Shown here: positions 9,784-20,620 of the stretch, one piece after another
Layout of the letters: the number at the start of each line of letters is the position of its first letter
How positions within the stretch are numbered: position 1 is the first letter of the stretch
Assembly (NCBI GenBank): GCA_965219455.1
Contig: OZ244744.1
Location: 4,384,001-4,448,000 of the forward strand
Reading direction: 5' to 3'
DNA from: Candidatus Latescibacterota bacterium
GTDB taxonomy: Bacteria; Latescibacterota; UBA2968; GCA-2709665
Length of the DNA stretch: 64,000 nucleotides
Notes under the pieces: generated by a model
The model's input: only the letters and a program-made list of their open reading frames with translations
Told to the model about the DNA's origin: nothing
Database searches by the model: none
Program-made: the position numbers and the translations under genes

Positions 9784-11859
9784 TCAGGTGCCCCGGCCGT
9801 AGCTTTGTATGAAGATCGTCCAATCGCCGTACCAGACGGTACCGTCGCCGTTCAGGTCGAAGCGCGCGTCATATCCCGCATCTCCCCAGTTCAGCCCGTA
9901 CTTCGCGACGAATTGCAGAAAGTCGAGAAAGTCCACGGATCCGTCGCCGTCGAAGTCGGCAGCGTGGGTTAATGGTGCGGCACCCGGCGAGACATCCCAC
10001 AGCAGAATCGTACCGTCGTAACTGCCGCTTGCCAGCGTCGTTCCATCCGGAGAAAACACCACCGAATAGACCCGATCAATATGCCCTGTGAGCGTGCGTA
10101 TATCCTGCCCGGTGGCCACGTCCCACAACCACACGGGCTTGCGCAGACTGCCGGTTGCCAGTGTTGTTCCATCCGGCGAAAACGCCACCGACCAGTGACT
10201 CTCGTGGCCATCCGTGAGGCTGAGTAAATCCTGTCCTGTGGCCGCGTCCCACAATCGCACCGTACCCCCACCATCGGTGATTGCCAGCGTCGCACCATCC
10301 GGCGAGAACGCCACCGAATAGATCCTTCCGGTATGTTCTATAAGGGTATTCTTCTCCTGCCCTGTGGCCGCGTCCCACAACCTCACCGTACTGTCAAGAC
10401 TGGCGCTTGCCAGCGTCAGACCATCGGGCGAAAAAACCACCGACGAGACAGTGCGCGTATGTCCAGTGAGGGTATTCTTCTCCTGCCCTGTGGCCACATC
10501 CCACAATCGTACAGTCTCATCCTGACTGCCGCTTGCCAACGTCCTCCCATCCAGCGAAAAAGCCACCGACCGGACCCGATGGGTATGTCCGGTGAGCATG
10601 TATTTCTCATGTCCCGTCTCCACGTCCCACAACCTCACCGTACTGTCAAGACTGGCGCTTGCCAGCGTCAGACCATCGGGCGAAAAAACCACCGACGAGA
10701 CAGTGCGCGTATGTCCAGTGTGGGTATTCTTCTCCTGCCCTGTGGCCAAGTCCCACACCCACACCGTACGGTCGTTACCGCCGCTCGCCAGCGTTGATCC
10801 ATCCGGCGAGAACGCCACCGTAGTTATTTCGCGGGTATGCCCTGTGAGGGTAAGCGTGCTTTGTTCGTGTCCCGTTTCCACGTCCCACACCCGCACCGTA
10901 TTGTCCCCACCGGCGCCTGTCACCGTCGATCCGTCTGGCGAAAACGCCACCGACCTTACATACGACGTATGTCCTGTGAGGGTGTTTTTCTCCTGCCGTG
11001 TGGCCACGTCCCACACCCGCACCGTGCGGTCGCCACCACCGCTTGCCAGCGTCGTCCCATCCGGCGAGAAACCCACCGAGATGATCCAACTCGTATGTTC
11101 TTCCAGGGTGCTCTTTTCCTGTCCTGTTTCCACGTCCCACAACCGCACCGTACTGTCAGTACTGGCGCTTGCGAGCGTCAGACCATCAGGTGAAAACGCG
11201 ATCGACCGAACCCTTCCGACATGTCCCGTGAGCGTGTGTTTTTCCTCCCCGGTGGCCGCGTCCCACAACCGCACCGTGGTGTCCTGAAGACTTGCGGTGG
11301 CCAGCGTCGATCCATCCGGCGAAAACGCCACCGAAGTAACCCAGGGCGCATCCCGAGACCCATCTCCTATGATGGTGCTTTTTCCCTGTCCTGTGGCCAC
11401 GTCCCACAACCGCACTGTACCGTCGCGACTGCCGCTTGCCAGCGTCGTCCCATCCAGCGAGAATGCCACCGCCTCGACATCGTAGGTATGTCCCGTGAGG
11501 GTGCTTTTTTCCTGTCCTGTGGCCGCGTCCCACAACCGCACCATATCGTCCCGACTGCCACTCGCCAGCGTGAGACCATCGGGCGAAAACGCAATCGCAT
11601 TGACTTTGTATATATGTCCTGTGAGTAGTGAAATTTCCGCCCCCGTACGGGTATCGTAGACCCAGATACCGACGCTGCCCCCCACGGCCAGGCGCGTGCC
11701 GTCCGGCGACCAGGCCACGTCGAGCACGTTTCCTTTGCCCAACCGCATGTGGGCGCCTTCGGGCAGACTCCAGCGAAGGTAATCCTGTGCGTAGCTGTTC
11801 TGTGCATACAGAGCCGTCGCTAAAAGAAGCAGTAGACTCGAAACCGTTGTCCTTTTCAT
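9784..11859 (-). CDS. Secreted WD40-repeat protein with dockerin/EF-hand-like tail, copy 3
   Basis: Same architecture; tail [14 protein letters not shown]...[13 protein letters not shown]. Confidence 0.92.
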   Translation of the reverse strand: MKRTTVSSLLLLLATALYAQNSYAQDYLRWSLPEGAHMRLGKGNVLDVAWSPDGTRLAVGGSVGIWVYDTRTGAEISLLTGHIYKVNAIAFSPDGLTLASGSRDDMVRLWDAATGQEKSTLTGHTYDVEAVAFSLDGTTLASGSRDGTVRLWDVATGQGKSTIIGDGSRDAPWVTSVAFSPDGSTLATASLQDTTVRLWDAATGEEKHTLTGHVGRVRSIAFSPDGLTLASASTDSTVRLWDVETGQEKSTLEEHTSWIISVGFSPDGTTLASGGGDRTVRVWDVATRQEKNTLTGHTSYVRSVAFSPDGSTVTGAGGDNTVRVWDVETGHEQSTLTLTGHTREITTVAFSPDGSTLASGGNDRTVWVWDLATGQEKNTHTGHTRTVSSVVFSPDGLTLASASLDSTVRLWDVETGHEKYMLTGHTHRVRSVAFSLDGRTLASGSQDETVRLWDVATGQEKNTLTGHTRTVSSVVFSPDGLTLASASLDSTVRLWDAATGQEKNTLIEHTGRIYSVAFSPDGATLAITDGGGTVRLWDAATGQDLLSLTDGHESHWSVAFSPDGTTLATGSLRKPVWLWDVATGQDIRTLTGHIDRVYSVVFSPDGTTLASGSYDGTILLWDVSPGAAPLTHAADFDGDGSVDFLDFLQFVAKYGLNWGDAGYDARFDLNGDGTVWYGDWTIFIQSYGRGT

Positions 11860-12393
11860 CTGTACCCCCCGACTGTGATTCAGGTGATTACGGTGATTAG
11901 AGGCTGATTAAAACCCATGAAGAGACTGTGTTTGATGTGGCTTTTGTTATGACATTGAGCGAGTGAGGGCGATATGCAGCGACCCGGTGTTCACTGGTCG
12001 GTGGCATCGTTCGGCCGCTTGCACTGCGCACCGTGTCCGTTCAGCACCTGCTCCGAGACGTAGTCTCTCACTTAAACGTACAGCGGTGAGAAGTTTAACG
12101 GCGTGGATTCCGATATCACCGCCTTTCCGAACGCGGACAGAACCGCGACCGGCATTAGCCACGTGTACAGGCGATCATCGCGTTAAAGTAGACGTACGAC
12201 GGACAGACGTTTATCAGCGTGGATTCCGATATCGCCTCCTTCCCAGACGCGGTCAGATTGGGTGATCGATGGAATGTCAAAACAGGAGTCCGTCAAGGAT
12301 TTGACTCTCATGCCGGGAACCCGCCCGAAGGGGGTGGGTTCCCGGACTCAATGCAGACCTGGCGCGACCTGATTCAGACACCGTTTATTCGCC

Positions 12394-14469
12394 TCACGTA
12401 CCCCGGCCGAAGCTTTTTCCGAAGGTCCACCAATCGCGGGACCCGACCTCACCGTCGCCGTCCAGATCGAAGCGCGCGTCATATCCCGCATCTCCCCAGC
12501 TCAGTCCGTACTTTGCGACGAATTGCAGAAAGTCTGAAAAGCCCACGGCCCCGTCACCGTCGAAGTCGGCGGCAAGGGGTTGCAGTGCGGCACGTGACGA
12601 GACATCCCACAGCAGAATCGTACCGTCGTAACTGGCGCTTGCCAGCGTTCTGCCATCCGGCGAAAACACCACCGACTTGACCGGATCGGTATGTCCTGTT
12701 AGGGTGCGTATATCCTGTCCTGTGGCCACGTCCCACAACCACACCGCCTTGTACGGACTGCAGGTTGCCAGCGTCATCCCATCCGGCGAGAACGCCACCG
12801 ACCAGAAATTATCGCCGCTTGTGAGGGCGCGTAAATGCTGACCTGTGGCCGCGTCCCACAACCGCACCGTACCCGCACCATCGGCGCTTGCCAGCGTCGC
12901 CCCATCGGGCGAAAAAACCACCCCATGGATCCCACGGGTATGTCCTGTGAGGCTGTTTTTCTCCTGCCCTGTGGCCGCGTCCCACAATCGCACCGTATTG
13001 TCGATACTGGCGCTTGCAAGCGTCGATCCATCGGGCGAAAACGCTACCGACGTGACTGTCGCCGTATGTCCTGTGAGGGTGTTTTTCTCGTGCCCTGTGC
13101 CCACGTCCCACAACAGCAACGCATTGTCCGAACCACCGGTTGCCAGCGTGGTCCCATCCGGCGAAAACGCCACCGGTGCGCCCGAACCGGTATTTCCCGT
13201 GAGGGTTTGTTTTTCCCGACCGGTGACCACGTCCCACAACACCACTGGACGGCCTCCGCTTGCCAGTGTCGTGCCATCCGGCGAGAACGCCACCGACGCG
13301 ATCCCACCACGGGAATGTCCTGTGAGCGTGTTTATCTCGTGCCCTGCGGCCGCGTCCCACAACTGGACCGTGGGTTCGTTACCACCGCTTGCCAACATCG
13401 TCCCATCGGGCGAATACACTACCGACCGGACGAGAGTGGTATGCCCGGTGAGTGTGAGGGCGCCTTTCTCCTGCCCGGTTTCTACCTCCCACAGCCGCAC
13501 CGTATTGTCGACGCTGCGGCTTGCCAACGTCATCCCGTCCTGCGAATACGCAACCGACCGGACGCTGGACGTATGGCCTGTGAGGGTGTTTTTTTCATGC
13601 CCTGTGGCCGCCTCCCATACCCGCACGGTACTGTCCCGGCTGGCGCTTGCCAGCGTCGATCCATCGGGCGAATACACCACCGAATACACCCGATGGGTAT
13701 GTCCTTCCAGGATGCTCCGTTCCTGTCCCGTTTCCACGTCCCACAACCGCACCGTGCTGTCCAGACTTGCACTGGCCAGCGTCATGCCATCCGGGGAATA
13801 AGCCACCGACCAGACCCGATGGGTATGTCCGGTGAGCGTGTGTTTTTCCTGCCCGGTTTCCACGTCCCACACCCGCACTGTAGAGTCGTTTCCAGCGCTT
13901 GCCAACGTCAGACCATCGGGCGAAAATGCCACTGAATAGACCCAGGGCCTATTCCGCAACTCCCGGTACTTTTCATTTACGAGGGTATGTTCTTCCCGCC
14001 CGGTGGCCACGTCCCACACCCGCACCGTACCGTCGCGACTGCCGCTTGCCAGGGTCGTTCCATCCAGCGAGAATGTAACCGCCTCCACGTCGTAGGTATG
14101 TCCCGTGAGGATGCTCTTTTCCTGTCCCGTTTCCACGTCCCACAACCGTACCGTTTTGTCCCGACTGCCACTCGCCAGCGTGAGACCGTCGGGCGAAAAC
14201 GCAATACCATTGACTCTGAACGCATGTCCTGTGATCAGGGAAACTTCCGCCCCGGTTTCGGCATCGTAGAGCCAGATGCCGACGCTGCCCCCCACGGCCA
14301 GGAGCGTGCGGTCCGGTGACCACGCCACGTCGCGCACGTTGCCTTTGCCCAGCCGCATGCGGGCGCCTTCGGGCAGACGCCAGCGATTGTAGTCCTGTGC
14401 GTGGCTGTACTGTGCAAACAGGAATGAAGCAAAAAGAAGCAATAGGCTTAGAATTGTTGTCCTTTTCAT
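12394..14469 (-). CDS. Secreted WD40-repeat protein with dockerin/EF-hand-like tail, copy 4
   Basis: Same architecture; closely similar to copy 9. Confidence 0.92.
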   Translation of the reverse strand: MKRTTILSLLLLFASFLFAQYSHAQDYNRWRLPEGARMRLGKGNVRDVAWSPDRTLLAVGGSVGIWLYDAETGAEVSLITGHAFRVNGIAFSPDGLTLASGSRDKTVRLWDVETGQEKSILTGHTYDVEAVTFSLDGTTLASGSRDGTVRVWDVATGREEHTLVNEKYRELRNRPWVYSVAFSPDGLTLASAGNDSTVRVWDVETGQEKHTLTGHTHRVWSVAYSPDGMTLASASLDSTVRLWDVETGQERSILEGHTHRVYSVVYSPDGSTLASASRDSTVRVWEAATGHEKNTLTGHTSSVRSVAYSQDGMTLASRSVDNTVRLWEVETGQEKGALTLTGHTTLVRSVVYSPDGTMLASGGNEPTVQLWDAAAGHEINTLTGHSRGGIASVAFSPDGTTLASGGRPVVLWDVVTGREKQTLTGNTGSGAPVAFSPDGTTLATGGSDNALLLWDVGTGHEKNTLTGHTATVTSVAFSPDGSTLASASIDNTVRLWDAATGQEKNSLTGHTRGIHGVVFSPDGATLASADGAGTVRLWDAATGQHLRALTSGDNFWSVAFSPDGMTLATCSPYKAVWLWDVATGQDIRTLTGHTDPVKSVVFSPDGRTLASASYDGTILLWDVSSRAALQPLAADFDGDGAVGFSDFLQFVAKYGLSWGDAGYDARFDLDGDGEVGSRDWWTFGKSFGRGT

Positions 14470-14815
14470 CTGTACCCCCCGGACTATGATTAAATATGAT
14501 TACGGTGATTAACTATGATTAAACCACATGAAGAGACTGTGATTGATGTGATTTTTGTAATGACCTGGAGCGAGGGATCGAGATTTGTAGAGACCTGGTG
14601 CACATTGATCGGCGGCATTGTTCGACCGTTCCCACTGTGGAACGTGTCACATGAGCACTTGCTCCGAGACGTAGTCTCTCACGTAGAGGTACTGCGGCCA
14701 GACGTTTAGCGATGTGGATTCGAATATCAACTCCTCTCCGAATTCGGCAAGGGCGGTGAACGGCGTTAACCGCTTGAGAAGCCGATAACCTGGTACGACG
14801 TCTTTTAGAGGCGCC

Positions 14816-16996
14816 TCATGAACCCTGGCCGAAGCTGCGTGCGAAGATCACGAAATCGTTGAACCCGACGTTACCGTCGCTGTCAAGATCGAAACGCGCG
14901 TCAAATCCGGCGTCACCCTGGCTCTGCCCGAACTGCGACGCAAACTGCAGGAAGTCGGGGAAACCCACAGTGCCGTCGCCGTCGAAGTCGGCAGCAAGGG
15001 GTTGAGGTGCGACATACGGCGACACATCCCACAGCAGAATCGTTTGGTCGTAACTACCGCTTGCCAGGGTCGTCCCATCCGGAGAAAACGCCACCGAACT
15101 GACCCACGTCAGATGTCCTGTCAGGACGCTTTTTTCCCGCCCCGTGGACGGGTCCCACAACCGCACCGCATTGTCCCGACTACCGCTTGCCAGGGTCGTC
15201 CCATCCGGAGAAAACGCCACAGACAAGACCCGGGACGTATGTCCCTTTAGGGTGCTTTTTTCGCGTCCCGTGGACGCGTCCCACAACCGAACTGTACTGT
15301 CCGAACTGGCGCTGGCCAGGGTCGTCCCATCCGGCGAAAACGCCACCGAATAGACATCTGACGTATGTTCTGTGAGGGTGTGTTTTTCCTGCCCTGTAGC
15401 CACGTCCCACACACGCACCGTCTCGTCGCCACTGGCGCTTGCCAGCGTCATCCCGTCCGGCGAAAATGCAACCGACAGGACTTCGGACCTATGTCCGGTG
15501 AGGGCGTGTTTTTCCTGTCTTGTGTTCCAGTCCCACAACCGCACCGTATTGCCCCGACTGCCGCTGGCCAGGGTCGTCCCATCCGGCGAAAACGCCACCG
15601 ATCGGACAGACCCCGTATGTCCTATCAGGGCGCCTTTCTCCCGCCCTGTGGACGCGTCCCACAATCGCACCGTCCAGTCGTCACTGGCGCTTGCCAGGGT
15701 CGTCCCATCCGGCGAAAACACCACCGAATTGACCCCAAGTGGTCCTGAGAGTCTGCTTTTCTCCTGCCACGTGGCCACGTCCCACAACCGAACTGTCTCG
15801 TTGCGACCGGCGCTTGCCAGGGTCGTCCCATCCGGCGAAAACACCACCGAATTGACCCCAAGTGGTCCTGAGAGTCTGCTTTTCTCCTGCCACGTGGCCA
15901 CGTCCCACAACCGAACTGTCTCGTTGCGACCGGCGCTTGCCAGGGTCGTCCCATCCGGCGAAAACACCACCGAAAAGACATAAGACGGATGTCCTGTTCC
16001 CATGATGCTGCTTTTTTTCTCCCCCGTGGCCAAATCCCACAACCGCACGGTATTGTCGGCACTGCCGCTTGCCAGGGTCGTCCCGTCCGGCGAAAACGCC
16101 AACGAATTGACCCCGCGGGTATGTCCTGTCAGGATGCTTTTCTCCTCTCCCGTGGCCACGTCCCACAGCCGCACCGTATGGTCGCTACTGCCGCTTGCCA
16201 GCATCGTCCCATCCGGCGAAAACGCCAACGCCCAGACCGGACGGGAATGTCTCGTTAGGATGTTCTCTTCCAGTCCGGTGGCCACGTCCCACAATCGCAC
16301 GGTCTCGTCGAGACTGCCACTTGTCAACGTCGTCCCGTCAGGCGAAAACGCAACCGACAAGACCCGACTGGTATGTCCTGTCAGGGTGCTTTTCTCCTGC
16401 CCGGTGGCGACGTCCCACACCCTCACCGTACTGTCGTAACTGGCGCTTGCCAGCGTCAGACCATCCGGCGAATACGCCACCGCCTCGACAGCCCTCGTAT
16501 GTCCCCCCAGGCTGCTTTTCTCCTGCCCGGTGGCCACGTCCCAAACCCGCACCCTATGGTCGTAACTGTCGCTTGCCAGCGTCGTTCCATCCGGCGAAAA
16601 TGCCACCGATAGGACAGACCGCGGATGTGCTCTGATACTGCTTCTTTCCTGTCCCGTGGCCACGTCCCACAATCGCAACCTACCGTCGAGACCTGCACTT
16701 GCGAGTGTCGTCCCATCCGGCGAAAATACCATCGAATGGAGTCTTCTCGTATGGCCCGTGAGCAGGGAAACTTCGGACCCGGTGTCGGCATCGTAGAGCC
16801 AGATGCCGGGGCTGGTGCCCACCGCCAGGCGTGTTCCGTCCGGCGACCAGGCCACGTCGCGCACGTTTCCTTTGCCCAGCCGCAGGCGGGCGCCTTCGGG
16901 CAAGCTCCAGCGATTGTAGTCCTGTGCGTGGGCGAACTGCGCAGACAAGACAGCCGTCGAAAGAATAATGAGACTCAAAATCGTTAGCTTTTTCAT
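14816..16996 (-). CDS. Secreted WD40-repeat protein (15 blades) with dockerin/EF-hand-like tail, copy 5
   Basis: Same architecture; contains exact 123-bp tandem blade duplication. Confidence 0.92.
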   Translation of the reverse strand: MKKLTILSLIILSTAVLSAQFAHAQDYNRWSLPEGARLRLGKGNVRDVAWSPDGTRLAVGTSPGIWLYDADTGSEVSLLTGHTRRLHSMVFSPDGTTLASAGLDGRLRLWDVATGQERSSIRAHPRSVLSVAFSPDGTTLASDSYDHRVRVWDVATGQEKSSLGGHTRAVEAVAYSPDGLTLASASYDSTVRVWDVATGQEKSTLTGHTSRVLSVAFSPDGTTLTSGSLDETVRLWDVATGLEENILTRHSRPVWALAFSPDGTMLASGSSDHTVRLWDVATGEEKSILTGHTRGVNSLAFSPDGTTLASGSADNTVRLWDLATGEKKSSIMGTGHPSYVFSVVFSPDGTTLASAGRNETVRLWDVATWQEKSRLSGPLGVNSVVFSPDGTTLASAGRNETVRLWDVATWQEKSRLSGPLGVNSVVFSPDGTTLASASDDWTVRLWDASTGREKGALIGHTGSVRSVAFSPDGTTLASGSRGNTVRLWDWNTRQEKHALTGHRSEVLSVAFSPDGMTLASASGDETVRVWDVATGQEKHTLTEHTSDVYSVAFSPDGTTLASASSDSTVRLWDASTGREKSTLKGHTSRVLSVAFSPDGTTLASGSRDNAVRLWDPSTGREKSVLTGHLTWVSSVAFSPDGTTLASGSYDQTILLWDVSPYVAPQPLAADFDGDGTVGFPDFLQFASQFGQSQGDAGFDARFDLDSDGNVGFNDFVIFARSFGQGS

Positions 16997-18917
16997 CTGA
17001 ATGCCCCTCCCGGACTAAGATTGACTGGGACTTCAATTTACTATGATTAGACGGCATGAAGAGACTGTGATTGATGTGATTCTGATGACGTCCTGAAGCG
17101 AGAGATGGACTCGTGAAGAGACCTGGCGCAACCTGTTTCCGACACCGTTTATTCGCCTCAGGTGCCCCGGCCGTAGCTTTTTCCGAAGATCCACCAATCG
17201 CGGGACCCAACGGTACCGTCGCCGTCCAGATCGAAGCGCGCGTCATATCCCGCATCTCCCCAGCTCAGTCCGAACTTCGCGATGAATTGCAGAAAGTCTG
17301 AAAAGCCCACGGCCCCGTCGCCGTCGAAGTCGGCGGCAAGGGGTTGCAGTGCGGCACGTGACGAGACATCCCACAGCAGAACCGTACAGTCGTAACTGCC
17401 GCTTGCGAGGGTCGTCCCATCCGGCGAAAACACCACCGAATAGATCGGATCGGTATGTCCTGTGAGGGTGCGTATATCCTGCCCTGTGGCCACGTCCCAC
17501 AACCACACCGCCTTTTGCGGACTGGCGGTTGCCAGCGTGGTCCCGTCGGGCGAGAACGCCACCGAAAAGAAATTATCGCTACCTGCTGTGAGGGTGTTTT
17601 TTTCATGCCCGGTGGCCGCGTCCCACAACCGCACCGTACCACCGGCATCGGCGCTTGCCAGCGTCGCCCCATCGGGCGAAAACACCACTCCATGGATCCC
17701 ACGGGTATGTCCTATGAGGGTGTTTTTCTCGTGGCCGGTTGCCGGATCCCACAACCGCACCGTATTGTCGGAACTGGCGCTTGCAAGTGTCAATCCATCG
17801 GGTGAAAACGCCACCCACGAGACAGACGACGTATGTCCCGTGAGGATGTTTTTCTCCTGCCCTGTGGCCACGTCCCATAACCGCACCGTTTCGTCCCGAC
17901 CGCCGGCACTTGCCAGCGTGGACCCATCCGGCGAGTACGCCACCGACTCGATACGCGATGTATGTCCTGTGAGGGTATGTTCCTCCAGCCCTGTGGCCAC
18001 GTCCCACAATCGCACCGTTTCGTCGCGACTGCCGGTTGCCAGCGTGGTCCCATCCGGCGAAAACGCCACCGGTGCGCCCGAACCGGTATTTCCCGTGAGG
18101 GTTTGTTTTTCCCGACCGGTGACCACGTCCCACAACACCACTGGACGGCCTCCGCTTGCCAGTGTCGTGCCATCCGGCGAGAACGCCACCGACGCGATCC
18201 CACCACGGGAATGTCCTGTGAGCGTGTTTATCTCGTGCCCTGCGGCCGCGTCCCACAACTGGACCGTGGGTTCGTTACCACCGCTTGCCAACATCGTCCC
18301 ATCGGGCGAATACACTACCGACCGGACGAGAGTGGTATGCCCGGTGAGTGTGAGGGCGCCTTTCTCCTGCCCGGTTTCTACCTCCCACAGCCGCACCGTA
18401 TTGTCGACGCTGCGGCTTGCCAACGTCATCCCGTCCTGCGAATACGCAACCGAATGGACGCTGGACGTATGTCCCGTGAGCGTGTTTTTCTCCTGCCCTG
18501 TGGCCGCGTCCTATAGCCGCACCGTACGGTCGTGACTGCCACTTGCCAGCGTCGATCCATCCGGCGAATACACCACCGTATTCACACCGAGAAACTGCCC
18601 TTCCAGGGTGCTTAGTTCCTGACCCGTTTCCATGTCCCACAGCCGCACGGTACGGTCACTACCGGCGCTTGCCAGCGTGAGGCCATCGGGTGAAAACGCC
18701 AGCGAGGGGATCCTCCCGGTATGTCCTCTTAGCGCGTGTTTTTCCTGCCCAGTGGCCACGTCCCACAACCGCACCGTATCGTCCCGGCTGCCGCTTGCCA
18801 GCGTCAGACCATCGGGCGAAAATGCAACCGCATTGACTCTGAACGAATGTCCTGTGATCAGGGAAATTTCCGCCCCAGTGCGGGCATCGTAGAGCCAGAT
18901 GCCGACGCTGCCCCCTA

Positions 18918-20620
18918 GCGCGGCTTCGCTTTGCTCAGCCGCAACCAAATAGGTGGTAGTCAAGAGCAGATAGTTTTAGGGTATGCAAAACGGCGTTCAT
19001 CCCCTATGATGGTGGTACCCACCGCCATCAATGGAAGGAGGAACGCCGTGAAAGACTTCGTGGACCAATGTAGTGAAAAAATCACCGGAGTGGTATCCTG
19101 TTTTGATCGGGTTCTGTTCAAAGGGTACCTGCCGCTGGGATTTGGAACTGCGATGGAGCGGTTCATCAGCAATCAGGGTTTATTGTTGAAGGACTTCAAG
19201 CGTTTTGTGATGACGCATTCCGATACGATCAAAGCCCACGCGGAGGCGATGGCAAACAAGCACGAGCGCCCGTTCATCTATCTGCAACGCAACACCATCA
19301 GGAAAGAGGACGAAGCGCGACGGTTGGCAAAACACGATGGGATCACGCAAGGCCTGGTCTGTGTGTTTCGGGCCCTGGAAGGCTGCCAGAGTTTCAAGCT
19401 GGTTCCAGGGGAAGGAAGGCCTCGCCTGATCAACGCACAACGGAAATGCCTATGCTACTACTTTTACTGGATTGACCGGGAGTTCGGGTTGATGCATATC
19501 CGCATCCAGTCCTGGTTCCCGCTGGTGGTGCAGATCTGTCTCAATGGCCACGAGTTCTTGGCGCGCAAGCTCGAGCAACACGGCATCGCCTATGAAAAAT
19601 CAGACAACGCTTTTCTATGGATTGCCGATGTGGACCGGGCGCAACGCTTTGCCGATCGTTTTGTGGGCAAGAATTGGCCGCGCATTCTCTCGGCGTTCGC
19701 CCGCAAGGTCAACCCCCTGCTCAAAGACCTGCTTTCGGGCATGGACTACTACTGGGTCGTTGACCAAGCCGAGTTCGCCACCGACGTGATGTTCCAAAGC
19801 CCCCACGCCCTGAAGGTGCTGTATGAAAACCTGCTCAGACACACGGTGCTGTGCTTCTCTCCCCAGGACATCTTGACCTTCCTGGGCCGCAAACTCCACG
19901 GCAATTTTCAGGGCGAAGTCCTCACGGACTTCAAAAACAAACGCCACAAAGGCGCAAGAGTCAAACACCGGATGTGCGAGAACTGGATTAAAATGTACGA
20001 CAAACACGGGTGCGTACTACGCGTCGAAACAGTGATCAACCATCCAAGGCAGTTCAAGGTCCGCCGCTGGGGCATACGGCGAGGACAACGCGTGATGGGC
20101 TGGTATCCCATGGCCAAAGGCGTGGCCAACCTCTACCGCTATCGGGAAATCTCGTTGACGGCCAACCAACGCTACTTTCAGGCGCTGTCCGCAGCCCCTG
20201 ACGCCGCTACCGGACATCAAAGCCTCACCACACTGGCGCGGCCACGCAGGCACAAGGGACGTACCTATCGGGGCTTCAACCCCGCCGACCCTGCCGACCT
20301 CGCCCTGTTTACCGCTGTGTTGAAAGGCGAACACGCCCTGATGGGCTTCCGCAACCAGGACATCCGAACACACCTCTTCCAACATCCAGCATCCCTGCTG
20401 CAACGCACTCGGCACGCCAATGCCACCAGCCGCCGCCTCAAACGCCTACACGTCCGCGGCCTTATTGCAAAAATCCCACGGTCCAGACGGTGGCGCGTCA
20501 CACCCGAAGGGCACAAAATACTCGCCTTGTCTTTGACCCTTTACCATCAACACCCTACAACTAAACAAGCAGCATGAATAATTATCTACGCATTTTGCGT
20601 AGAAGTCACACTGTAAGACT
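18918..20620 (+). mobile_element. 1.7-kb insertion element without terminal inverted repeats; CTA at both junctions; subterminal hairpins
   Basis: Empty site gctgccccCTAaagccag is intact in copy 11 (about 32001-32018); here the junctions read ccccCTA|gcgcgg...aagact|CTAaagccag; hairpins 18920-18942 and 20585-20603. Confidence 0.9.
19048..20577 (+). CDS. Putative transposase of unassigned family (Rep_trans-like motifs plus C-terminal winged HTH), 509 aa
   Basis: Only long ORF of the inserted element; GGAAGGAGG RBS then GTG; motifs QAEFATD, IKMYDK, LRVET; C-terminal SRRLKRLHVRGLIAKIPRSRRWRVTPEG wHTH-like. Confidence 0.75.
   Translation: MKDFVDQCSEKITGVVSCFDRVLFKGYLPLGFGTAMERFISNQGLLLKDFKRFVMTHSDTIKAHAEAMANKHERPFIYLQRNTIRKEDEARRLAKHDGITQGLVCVFRALEGCQSFKLVPGEGRPRLINAQRKCLCYYFYWIDREFGLMHIRIQSWFPLVVQICLNGHEFLARKLEQHGIAYEKSDNAFLWIADVDRAQRFADRFVGKNWPRILSAFARKVNPLLKDLLSGMDYYWVVDQAEFATDVMFQSPHALKVLYENLLRHTVLCFSPQDILTFLGRKLHGNFQGEVLTDFKNKRHKGARVKHRMCENWIKMYDKHGCVLRVETVINHPRQFKVRRWGIRRGQRVMGWYPMAKGVANLYRYREISLTANQRYFQALSAAPDAATGHQSLTTLARPRRHKGRTYRGFNPADPADLALFTAVLKGEHALMGFRNQDIRTHLFQHPASLLQRTRHANATSRRLKRLHVRGLIAKIPRSRRWRVTPEGHKILALSLTLYHQHPTTKQAA

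Noticed and set aside
6663-12162. Recurrent small leader ORFs (MANAGRGSVRVLKGGDIGIH...) or peptides started by the orphan SD boxes
   Set aside because: Starts, stops and frames are not conserved across copies (stops in the 33-kb copy, 1-bp indel in the 23-kb copy), and substitutions fall at all codon positions.
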